A stretch of DNA of 64,000 nt. Origin: Ptychomitrium polyphyllum (lineage: Eukaryota). The notes beneath the pieces were generated by a model. The model made no database searches. It was not told where the DNA came from and saw nothing but the letters and a program-made list of their open reading frames with translations. The stretch spans positions 11,470,001 to 11,534,000 of the forward strand of contig OZ316775.1 in the NCBI GenBank assembly GCA_973851085.1, read 5' to 3'. Shown in pieces: positions 1-12,308 of the stretch. The position numbers were made by a program, and so were the translations under genes. Every line of letters starts with the position of its first letter. Within the stretch, counting starts at the first letter, position 1.

Positions 1-3000
1 ATGCTGCATTCCGCCGATTCGTTGCTTCGGGTGACGACAGCTCCTTCAGAGCGATGGGCATTGTAATCTGAACATGTCACACGCAATGACTAAACAGCTG
101 CCATAATGGGTAGATAAAAAACAACGCACCTACTTGTCTTCAAACAATTAAATAACCTCAACCAACCTCAAACAAATCACCATTCGCGATTATGAACTGT
201 ATAATGAAGAGTATATGTAAGGTGAATATGATCGTCTTACACACCTCAACGTATGGCGTGATAGCACTTCCAATCTCTTTAGCCACCTCAGCAACACAGG
301 CAACTGCCATTGTTCGATCATTAGGAGGACGTGAAGCTTTCTGCACGCATGACCAAAAACATCAAGATCATTGGAAGCACGGAGGATTCTAATAAACAAC
401 AGCTAACATCTTAATATATCCTACCAAAATTTCCTCCTCAAGGCATCAAAAGCATTGAAATGAAAAGGATTCAACATAATCCCAAGCTAGACCACTTAAG
501 AAGTTTCAAAGACTGGTACTGGACGCAGATACGCAAAGACTCCAAACTATATTAGCACAAAATTGTGACCGAACATACCGCAAATTTCATCAATGGCTCA
601 AAGAATGGGCGGAATAGCGGCTCGAATGCAGGGCCCATGCATTTTCCCAATGCTGGCAGAATGTCTGTGACAGAATCAATGAGAAGCTCATCGTGCTCCA
701 TGTCATCCTCATCACCTTCACTGTCAGTGTCTCCTGTCTGTTGGCAGACAGCTTCCTGACGCAGCAAACAAAGTGTGGCCTCACACAAAGGTGTAATAAC
801 TGCCAACATCAACTGGAGCGTCAGCTTAAAAGCAGAGTTACTTAAGAGGCACAGAGATTACACAGTGACAAAAAAATCCCAAAAAAAATTACTACTAAAT
901 ATAAGACTTAAGGTTTGATCCCAGGAACTATACACTTCAAAGGTGAAGGAACTGAATGATAAGCATCAACACTGGGAAGTGAAGACAGGACTCCAAACAT
1001 CAACAAATGCAGGAACTATCTTGGCATGTTTCAATAATAAAACGTACACTGCAGAATGCTATCATAACTAACAGACTTCAGAATCTCTGCTGTGCATGTG
1101 CACACTTGACAGACGGTATCTTTGTCGTCATCTTCATTCATGAGTTTAGTGTATTGCTCCATAATAAGATCTGCCCAAACACACATCCTAAATATGTAAG
1201 AAGCCAAGGAATGAAGTGACTCGGGTAAATTCTTCGAAGGCAAAACAATAATGTAATGCTATGCATCATGATACAATCGGTTACTCTAATTCCAACACAA
1301 TTTAGGTGGGCATTCCTCACCTAAGACATGTTTCACTTCTGCGGAGATCTGCAAAACATGAACATTCGAATCAGCTAGGGCCACAAGCTTCTATGGTAAT
1401 CATGTACAAGTTTGTCAATCACGGGAACGATTCCATAGTAAGACATAATTCCGAGTGCCTTACCTAGCACACACACAAGACAAAGATATAATTAGACATA
1501 CAATTCTGTCTTCAAGCAGAAGCACCGACTTACTGTATCACTAGGAAATGCTGCTTTGGTTGCAGTGAGTAAATCTGCACACCATCATCAAGTATCAGCA
1601 ACTTTTGAAGCCAAAATACTGTAAAGTAGCACGAACGTTTTCAATACCCTCTTTATGACATTGATCAGACACTTCAAATTCAACACCAGAAAGGCGACTT
1701 CAAATCACCTAAGCCATAATTTCGTTGGTTCTTAGAAAACATGTGCAATCACATAACACAATGACCACATTGGCCAGCCCAAACTAATTTCATGCAATAT
1801 GTTAAAATCTAAAATATAGATCAGAGCAGGAGCTTTTTGGATTCACATACGTTGGTACGCAAGAACAGCTTGAATTCTGACATCCTCGTGAAAGTAACCA
1901 GCATGCTTCTGCATCACCTTTAATGTTTCTTCCAGAAATCTGGTAATGGTTAAGGTGCATCATTGTAAAACCAATGAGGACAACTTAACTGCAATCAATG
2001 ACTATGCAGAATATAAGACAAAGACAGTTTTTTAAAACCAAACTTGTTTAAAAACAAAACCTCCAATTTTGGCATTATGAACAAAGTGGGAAAGTAATGA
2101 AGACGTAGACATAGCAAGAAAATTCAAGAAATAAGTAGTTTAGCGTTTAGGCGTCAAACAAGGATACGGCATGAAAGCACTTTTGGTGTGAAGGGCAAAT
2201 AGACCAAGAGCTTGTGTAGCAGCTGCTTTCTCATCCAGAACACCTGTTCGTACACTGAGGTTTTGGATTCTCTTGTTATCGGTGTCCTCATCCTCATCAG
2301 AGGAAAGACCTCCAATTGCACCACCAAGATTATCATCACCGTCAGAGTCAGCCAACTCAAATGCGGTCCCATCGTCAAGGTTACATGATTGTAGTGCAAG
2401 ATGCACTAAGCGGGGCAAATACTGCATAAATTATACCGCATAAAACAAAATTAGCGAGATAGTCAAAGGCTTCTGTGTAGGAAAAACCTACAATTGATGA
2501 AAATGAAAACACATCATTATTAGGACATCAGTGTAGATATTAAGAACCAAAGTAAGCAATTACGCTGACGAGTTATAGAGAATATAGTAGAAGCAAATAC
2601 AAGAAAGTCGGACAATACCGGAACCACCCCCTCTTCCAGAATTTCTGCAACATGACTGAAAAAGCCATGCGTATATTCCCGCAATTCACTGAAATCCAAT
2701 TCAAAGCCCTGCATGCAGACACAAACCTTAATTAAAAGCCGGAAATAGCACAAGTCAACAAGGTACACTTTCAGTTACAAAAAGCTGGTTCTGAAACTGT
2801 CAAGTATTCCATTGAAACTTAGTTGCTCAAAACCTAAGTGGTAAAAAAGCCCAATAACCAATCAAAACAGCAACAAGTATAATCGCTCAAACCATTAATC
2901 CAAAACTACACCAGCTAAGAACAGAACTATAGTTGCTATGTTTAAGAAAATGTGGAAAAAACACCTCAATTGCAGCCTCGATGAAGTTCGGAAGGACTGG

Positions 3001-6000
3001 TCCAATGACATTTCGTCCAACAGCCATGCCAATGATACCGACCAGCTCTGTTGCACGAGCACGAGCTGGTAGGTCTTCATCTTTTGTCAAAGTCATGAAC
3101 CCTTGCATGAGATGAAGAACTCGCTCGGTGTAGGGAACAAATGCAGACTCTGCAGCAGATGCAGCTGATCCTATAGCAGACTACAGCACAAACTGATATA
3201 AGTCCAGTTGTTGAAAACTCGTAGCTCGGTCTTAATGCAAATGATACAAGATCATTAGCATATGCACATCAATTTCGTAAAAGCAGGAAAGCATACTTAA
3301 AAGGAGTAAAGATCAGTCAAAAAGAGATCATAAAAATTCATGAATGAATTCTAAACCGATCAAAACACCGTAAAATTAATGAATAATACTATATCTATTG
3401 AGTGAGCTGGCAGCTAATACTACCTTGACTGGGCAAAGTTTAGAAGTAATAAGGAGTGTTGTAGAAATACCATGCAAGTCTCCTGAATATCTCGGCGAGG
3501 GCTTTGCAGAGCCTCCAGCAGTTTCTCCATTAGTGGGCCCAGGTACGGCAAAATTTCCTCCTTAAGATTTTCACAAAATGCTGCAAGTGCATAGAAAGCC
3601 TTCTCCTGCAAGGTAAATATTTAGACCAAATTATTGTCTGATTTTCATGATCTGCAGATTGTCACACACAAATGCAACAAGCTGAATGACGAATTGTCAT
3701 ATCTAATTCTGCAGATCGCTTCACAAATAACTAATCGGAGTCTAAACATATTCTGAGCTCAACTACTATATTCTTGAAAGGCAAGGACTTCAGAGACAAT
3801 TTCACAAAGAAAATTTTGGACACATTATAAATTCAAGTCTTAAACAGATACAAAAGAAAATTTGATTTCGAAAAGCACCTATGAATGTTGTACAAGCATC
3901 GAGAAAGTAATAAAAGACTCAAAATAAAATTAAACATCCATGTCAAAGGTATACACTCCCTATCATGTCAAAGGTATGCTAACCTGAACATCCGGAACCG
4001 CATCACTTAGCACTGTAAATATGCAAGGAAGAACTCGCTCATAGTGTTCACTGATCTCAGGCTGTAGGTGCTCCGCAAATTGACCAAGTGCAAAGCTTGC
4101 AGCACCACGCACTCCCTTGACGTCACCAAAAGACATTTGTAAGCATCAATTGCATATAATACTTGTCACTCTACACTCAAAAGTGGACTTCACATTCATT
4201 CCTGCCTAAAACCCAGCAACAGTCAGGACAGAGCTTACAGAAATTACGCTCGCAAAAATAATGAAGCCGAAACCGTCACTCATCACTCATCACCATCGGA
4301 TGATACTGGGCAAATACACATACAGCCGACAACGGACAACAAATATGTATTAATATACCTGCTCTTTGTCCTTCAATGATTCTAAAACAAGTGAGAGAAC
4401 GTCCTCCAGCCGAGTCTTCATGACTTCGTAGCAGCCTTCGGATATCACACCCAGTGACATTACTGCTGCATCCCGGTAATTAGGGTCCGAGTTGTGGAAA
4501 TTGGAGACTGCAAAATGCAAGACCGGTGGGAATACATGTTTCTTTGGGAGGCTTGTAGCCATTGTATCAAGAACTTCAGCTGCCGCTCTTTCACATGCAA
4601 CATCATCCTCACGTGCCCGAGATTCAGGCTCAGCTAGTATAGGGCAAATGACTGCTAAGATTTGGGCAACCAACTTGTGCTTTACTAAAGTCTTGGGCTT
4701 GTACTTGGCCAACCATGATAAAATTTGAATTGCCTGAATGAAGGTAGAAGAAACCCTCAAATTAGCGCAAACCACGAAAGTAAACACTCCCACATGCTGT
4801 ATATACGATGGGGTCCTAGATGATAAGTAGAGCATCTAGGATACGAGCGAAATCACAACTTCTCCAAATGATAATTGTACATTGTTGTGCTAATCTTGAC
4901 CTCCAAAATAACTTCTCCAAATCTATCTGAGCCTCGCTACTCTTCAAAGGGCCACAAATGAGTACTTTTACCATATTAACATAAAGGAATAACACTGAAT
5001 TAAGACAAAAGAGATTATAGAGCTGTGATTATCACCTGGTGACGAGTGTTGGCTTCAAGGTGCTTATTCGAGCAAACCTCAAGTGCAAATTGCACAATCA
5101 CTGGAATGGTGGGCCCGAGAAGAGGAGCTGGTGATTCAACTAATTCATCAAAAATCTCAAAAGCTAAAATAGCTACATCTTCATCGCCATTGGCGAGGCA
5201 CAAGCGAGAAACATTCAAAATAGGAGGAATCAACTCTCGGAACATTAACTGCAGAAAACGGCACAAAGTTCAGCATTCAACGTGTTTAAAAACATTTCTA
5301 AATTAAGAAATCACCCTGAAGAAACTTGATCGATAATCATAGCTGAAATATCCAAACTCCAAACTTAAGTATTAAATGCGATGCAGAGGAGATACGAACA
5401 GAACTTACAACTTCCTGTTCTGTTTGGATGTAGCCCACAAGTGCTCCAACAGCCCTGCATCCAATTGGTGCAAGTGTTACATTAATATAATCTATGTATT
5501 GATAAATAAACGATTAAAGACACTTTATTCCAGTACGCCATCGTGATCTGAATTTCATGAGCAACATCAATGCAGCGCACTGACTAAAACTACGGATACA
5601 TTCACCAAAAGTTCATCGTAATGAGTATGATCTGTATTCATAACTATCTACCACAAAATCATAGATAAGCGTACCCAGCGTACAGGTCCAAAACAAAATA
5701 ATCCATACGCCAACAATTTTGCATCTTATCCATGTGTCTCCAACAGATTTTATGGATGCCGTTTTCTTTCTTTCAACTTGAGAAGCCAAAGACTGAGAAT
5801 AGCTTACTTTAGTGCAGCCACTCGAACACGGTTACTTTGTTGATCATTCAGACCACTAATGAAAACGCTTTGCAAAGTAGCAAAATGAGGACGAAGTAAG
5901 TCGCCTATGGTCTCCGTCAAAGAGCTGAAGAGGATCAACGAAACCTATTTCAATAAACCACCAAACCACAGTGAGAACTCTGGAGAGTCTGTTAGAAGGC

Positions 6001-7521
6001 CATAGACTCAAATATCACTTCACCATCTGTTCCCGTAATCCATGTCTCTAACATACGTTTTCTTGAAACCTTGATGACATATGATCAGATAAATGGTTAA
6101 ACAATTTCGAGCCAATGCGCACTCTGCGGTCTCTGCGCACAGCAGAAACAGCAAACTAAAGATACAGTAGTAACCAGTTTCTCATGTCATTCACTGTCAA
6201 TCGCGAATACAGAGCACCCGCATTGTTCTGCTTACAGAATGAATCAAGTACAATAAGAAGACCCTAGCAGGCTACGACTGACATATCTGTCAAGAAATTC
6301 ACAACTCTTGCTGGGTAGATTATGTGGTACAACACTTACTTCACGGTGGTCCTCCTGAGCACTCTGGCTGCACTGATGAAGGAATGGCAGAAGTTCAGGC
6401 CACTCCCCTGCAGGCACAGCATGTTTGGCAACCACACTGACGACATCGGCGCTCCCTCTTCTCACTGGGGAACTGTCAGCCAGGCAGGAAATATATTAGG
6501 CAAAAAACCGCATCGTAACGTACATTAGGACCCTCCCAACCGTTAAGGACCTCACAGAAGGCAGCAAATCACGGTAAACTGCTGCACAATTTCTGCTCAA
6601 ATCAGAGTATTGAAGAACCGATCTAGAATTAAACTTGATTCAGTTCACGTCGGATCCTTTGCGGAAGGACAAGTCATCAATGCAATCCGAGATTTTCGAC
6701 TTAGACAAACTTAAAACGATGCTCGCAAGTTGAATAAACTCAAAGGCGTCTAATTCAAAAGCCCACATTTATGTACATTCCACCCCAATCAACGGTGTTT
6801 CGGATTCTCTAATTCAAACTTTTCCACTTTCGATCCTAAAAACAAAGCGAGCTCAGAATCTGAAGCGATTGGACTTCACGTAGTAGGAACACAACGATCC
6901 CACGCCAGCAGAACAACTAAGGTTGGTAAAAGAAAAAAGAAAAGAAAATGTCCTCGCTTGGTCCAGTCTTGATTGAGACAATTGTATCTAACGAAGAACC
7001 TCTCCGCCATCACCTTTGAATTCGATCACAAAACAGCAGATCTGCATCCTACAATCCCTAAACAGCACTGCAACGACAGCAGAATGATAGTACAAAAGCG
7101 CATAGAGAGAGTATCACAAGCGAAAATTTACTAAAAGGATCAAGTACTCCGCTACACAATCAGAATCGCAATCCGGAGCTCCAAGTCACCTCTAACCCTA
7201 AATCTCAACCAAAACATCCACAACAGCCAACAAACGACTTCCTACTCACCTACTCTCCAAGGTGATGCTCTCTAGCAATGTAGACTTGACGCTATTGCGA
7301 ACCTCCACGGACAGCTGCATCCAATGACCCGTGATTTTCTTGCGCAGCAACACGGCCGCCAATTGGCGCACCTCGGGGTACGGCGAGGAGCGCACATGGT
7401 GCAGCAGCGCTGGCACGAGCTGCGGGTCCTTGGAGAGGCGGCGGATCTGCTCCTCGGCGTGCTTGCGACTGGCGTTGTCGGGCACCAGGAACTGGCCCAG
7501 CAGCACCTCAAGCTGGTCCAT
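1..7521 (-). CDS. IPO4: Importin-4-like (importin-beta/karyopherin family, HEAT repeats); multi-exon, 3' end beyond the left edge of the window
   Basis: ATG at 7521 (MDQLEVLLGQFLVPDNASRKHAEEQIRRL...EVRQLAAVLLRKKITGHW, an importin-beta N-terminal signature). Further exons read WPELLPFLHQCSQSAQEDHRE, EKAFYALAAFCENL, ARARATELVGIIG, SVRTGVLDEKAAATQALGLFA, GYFHEDVRIQA, DRTMAVACVAEVA and ELSSPEATNRRNAA (1-66). The exon joins I checked have GT-AG boundaries and stay in frame. Confidence 0.93.
1940..2167 (-). other. U12-type (minor spliceosome) GT-AG intron in the importin-4 gene
   Basis: Donor GTATCCTT at 2167-2160, branch-point CCTTAAC within 1955-1948, acceptor CAG ending at 1940. Splicing joins ...KSAFMP to FLEETLKVMQKHAGYFHED in frame. 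Confidence 0.85.
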
Positions 7522-8419
7522 GGCGGCGGCGCTGCTCGCCCTGCTGGAGCTCTCTCCTCTGCAGCTTGCCTTCGGAGCTTCCTTCCGCGCGAGCTTTGCT
7601 GCGGCTGCCGCTGCAAATCCCAAACTCTGCAGCTCCGCAGCCAAAACACTGACCTCTTCAATCCCAGTCTCAAGGGTTTAGGGGACGCCTCCCGCCCCCC
7701 GGACGCCCGCTCCCTCTCGCAGCCCCTCGCTGCTCCTTTGCCTTCCGACATCCGGTCGCCGACTTTCGACGATATTACGGTTTCCAAGCCTTGTGACCTT
7801 GAATTCCCGTCCGGTGGACGCCAGCCGCGTTTGGCAATAGAGATCCTCCTGACACCTGGTCGCCGTCTATTGATTGCTGGCTAGCCTTGCCCTGGAGGCT
7901 TCCGTGCGTTGCTCGTCAGGGAGTTTTCGATGTTTCTAAGTCCAGTGACCCCGGGTCGTTGTCTGGTGGTTGCAGAGTTGATGTCCGCGGGGCTTATGAA
8001 TTTGTGACTGGCGGGCGGGGACGGTGAGACGGTTTTTCTTTCGGTTGTAGGGACGACCGCTGGCTGGCGTCCTGTGGGTGCGCCTTGTGCTCGAGCATCA
8101 CATGACCGAGCCCTGTGTTCAACGTGGGGCTTAAGGGGCCAGCCGGGTATTTGACGGGTAACTGGTGATGGAGTGCGTGGGTGTTGCGTGCGTACTTCAT
8201 CGAAACAGGTCTTGCACCTGTCCCTCTTGTAATCATGGAGTCTCCATTCACAGGTAACATTACCTCTCTAATCTCCATTCATTATTTGAATGGAGATTAT
8301 TCAGTACTCACCCCAGCTCCATCCTCAACTAGGAGGAAGAGCACTTTTGTGCATTATTTCTTTGCTGTATTGTCACTGAGCCATGCATCAAATAGGTCTT
8401 CAAAGAGGATTTACTTCTA

Positions 8420-11400
8420 GCTTTAGCTTTTTACATGTCCACTTTTATTTTACTTCTTATTATTTGTAGTAGAGTATGCTATGATCTACCGGCCACTCAG
8501 AGCAAGTAGCACATATGATAAAAATGAACATTGATGAAATGTATCATGCTTCTAATGCAACTTTAGTATAGATTGATGATTTTTAAAAATAAAATGTCAT
8601 GAGTCACCTTTTAATTGATATGTGCTTTATAAGACAAACATGTTGTATTAGTAAAAATAATTGTTATATCAGCCTTTGAGTACCAAAACTAGAATATTAG
8701 GTTGTCTTAATGCCTAAGCTTTTTTGAAAAGTGCTTATAATATTTTAAAAGTTTTTTAAATGTTTATAGTAAGATGATAATAATAACAACCATAAGCTCA
8801 TGTAAATGCAAATATATAGGAGTGCAAAAGTAAGGTTATGATTTTTAAAAGGTTTAGTGCAAATCTTACAAAACATAAAAAGCTCCAATTGAAAATTAGT
8901 TAAATCTTATTAAAGTACATATAAAAATAACAAAATTTAATAAATTTAATTTAAACATATTTTGATTAGTTTAAATGAAAACAAAAATTAAGATTTTCAT
9001 AGATGTAGAATATATGAGAACGATTACAACAAAGCCCTTCATTTCTCTTCATGTATACAATTAAAACCATAGTGAAAATTATATTTGCAAATTATTTATT
9101 CAAAAACTTTATAAGTTATAATTATGATTATAAACCTTCATAACTATTAAAACATGAAAAACAAAACTAGATAATCTACTAAAAATCATATATATTAATT
9201 TATAAGCCATTAAAATAATTGAATAGCCAATTCTTTTAAATTATAGTAATTTCATTAAAAAAACACTATTAACTATAAAGAATACATTTTCACTAAAAAA
9301 AAACAAGCAAAAGATACATATAGAAGAGAAAGACTCCAATTTATAAAGTCTCAAGTCTTTTTCTTTTTGGAAAAGAAGAAAGAAATAAAAAAGTCCTTAT
9401 TTCTTGTCTTCCAAGACTTAGAATCAAAAAAAAAAAGGCTGCAATTTAAATGAGTTAAATTCTAGTGATATAATGAAGTAATTTAAAATTCATTGGAATA
9501 CAAACGATTCTAATTATTGTTTAAATAGAGCTATAATAAAAGGTAGATGGGTTGAATCTTACAATCAAATACCATTCCATGTAAATTGAGCTAATTATTT
9601 CATATTATTAATTGCAAAAGTCTATTTAAATAATTGTAAAATTCAATTAATAAATAATATAAAATTCACAACATAATTTAAAATGACTTTTTCTACTAAA
9701 TCATAATAGTTGAAGAATATTTTTTGAATAAAAGTACTAAAAGATCCATTAAAAGTTAGTAATGGATTTAATATGTGATTTTATTTTGTTTTGTTTTTCA
9801 TCTCAAAGTCTATTAAAGATAATCTAAATAAATCACCATAATTATTTCGAAATGATTAAAATATTCTTTAATATTCTTAAACAATATATATTTTTTAAAT
9901 CATCTAAATTTGTATAAATTTTATATTAAATCCAATATAAATATATTTATGTATAAGATTTGATATATTATGAATCATTACTTGTTGAATAAATAAAATT
10001 TGATAATTTCCATGTGGAAAAAAATAATTTAAGTTCAAATCTTGATAATAATATAATAAAGTATTTGATTTAAGAAAAATAACTGTTTTGACAAATAAGA
10101 AAATTTATAAAGTTTTTTAATTTATAATTTTTTTAATTTAAAATTCATCATTGTATTTATGTATATAGCTATTAATATTACTGTCAAATTATTATGTTTT
10201 TCACAAAAAATCATTCATTAAAAAAAAAATTATTTTGCTTAAATGGTTAAGATTTGCCCTAGTATGATAAATATAATAAAAAAAAAAAAGCACATTGTAA
10301 AATGCAACTATTTCAAATATTGATACATAATTCAAATTAGTTTTTAATGGAGACATTTCTTATAAGATCTTGTATCTACAATTTTGAAAAGATGATTTCT
10401 TGTTAATTGTAATAAAATAAAGATATTTTATGATTTCAAAAACCATTTACAATAAATATTATGGATAATTTGAAAATGATTCAGAAGTTGTTTGAATAAT
10501 TTTTATAAATATATAGATACATTTGGGCATGTATTGGATGTTATAAGAAAATTTTAATTAGCATTTGATTTCAAGTTTTTGAAATTATTCCTTGTAGCAT
10601 TTATTGCTTTTATGTCATATGTGCTTATTCTTGGCCTTCTTCAACAAATGACATCTACATTTTAATTAGATATCTGGTCATAATTTGAAATACCAAACAT
10701 AAATTTTTAATATGATTTTTTTAGATATTGATATTTTATATTTTGATATCTGTTATTTGTGTTTTTATTGTTATTATAATTTTAACATCAATATTTTTAA
10801 AATTTGCATTTTGCAAATTCTATAAGATTACAAAATGTATTTAAATTTAGATTTATTTTTATATATGAATGCTCATAGCTTAGTAACTATCATTATTATA
10901 TAATATCATGAATTTCAATTATAGCTTGTCTTGTTGTTATTTAAGCTTATAAAAATCTTATTATCAATAATATCATTATTTTGATTTTAGTGCAAATTTT
11001 AGTTTGCTTTAAAAAATGTAATTATAGCATGGAAGAAATAGCCAGTATAATTAAGATCTAATTACCTTTTTAATATAAGAAGTCTAATGCCAAAGTCAAA
11101 AGATTTTTTAAAAAAATTTTTTTAAAAAAGAAGACAATTTATAGAATATTCAAAAAATATATTTAAAGATACTATATTTGGGCATTATTGAGGATATAAT
11201 TATCAAACAAAACGTCATGTTTGTAACTTCTTTTAAAATAAAACAAATCAATATTCATGGTTTTTTGATAATTAATAAGAGTTTTAAGATTAAATTAATT
11301 AGGTGTAGTTTTGATCCTAGAAAAGTAGATTCAAATCCTAGGTTTAAAATTCATAATAAGAGTTGTTTTGGAGACAATATGCATTTTTTCTTTTTAACAA

Positions 11401-11680
11401 TTTATTGTGAGTTGTCTTATTTTTTATACATTCATTTTGGTATTATAGTTTTTTTATCATTCTCAAGTGTTTCTTTTTCAAATTGATTTTAGATATGAAT
11501 TAGAATTTAAAAAGGATTTAAGAGTTATCTTTAAAGATATTGGAGTGTTTAAAAGTAAAAGTAGTGTTTTATATTGTTAAGTTTATCCAATTGGTTATCA
11601 AATAACACAACTATTGGAAACCTATCTGAAACGATAATTTTCCACACTTAATAGACATGCATATTCATGTAATACCGAGA
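8420..11680. other. Extremely AT-rich intergenic island between the divergent importin-4 and RBL genes (probably decayed transposon/repeat DNA)
   Basis: Abrupt shift to very low GC with CpG almost absent, flanked by GC-rich promoter-like blocks, and no credible ORF. TE origin is inference. Confidence 0.5.
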
Positions 11681-12308
11681 TGATATTTTGGGTGGTATCT
11701 CATGCTACCGGGGCCGTACTTGGGTGATCTATGAGCCGTCCTTGGGTGCTGGGAACCATACTTGGGTGCTCGGAAAAAGATTATGTGAATGGGCGAAGGG
11801 TCTTGTACCCTACCGTGTCGAACCTGCGGTTATGTCCTCGACAAATGTACCTGGATGATAACAGCTCATACTCTGGTGATGCTAGCGTTTAATCCGATCC
11901 TGGTGTGATACCCTTCCGATACGGGTGATATACCCTTTAGATACCAGTGTAATATCCTAGCTGTAGTATAGAAATACCCGTCTAGATATCCACTCGGTAC
12001 TCATGCCGAGAAGGAAAGCGGGAGTGTGTTTTTCGCCCTCTGTGAGAAGAACGTTGTGGTTGTGACAACGACGATGGAGCTCAGAGCGACCACGCCCTGC
12101 GATTTCAATTTGGCACCACGCACGCCATGAAGATGCTTCCTCGGCCTTCCACGCTCGCGGCGACCAATCTCTTCCGCATTCGCTTCTTTCATTTTCTCTA
12201 ACTCCGTTGCGCTTGAGCGACGTCCGCAACGAACTTCTCAGTAGTAGAGGGAGGTAGAGCCTTTGATGACGCCCGCTTTCACATTCACATGATCGGACGC
12301 CGTGCGCC

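Noticed and set aside
8147..8159. 13-mer ACCCGTCAAATAC shared by the importin-4 (minus) and FDM (26700-26712) upstream regions
   Set aside because: Dozens of chance 13-mer matches are expected in 64 kb over both strands, so one pair is not evidence.
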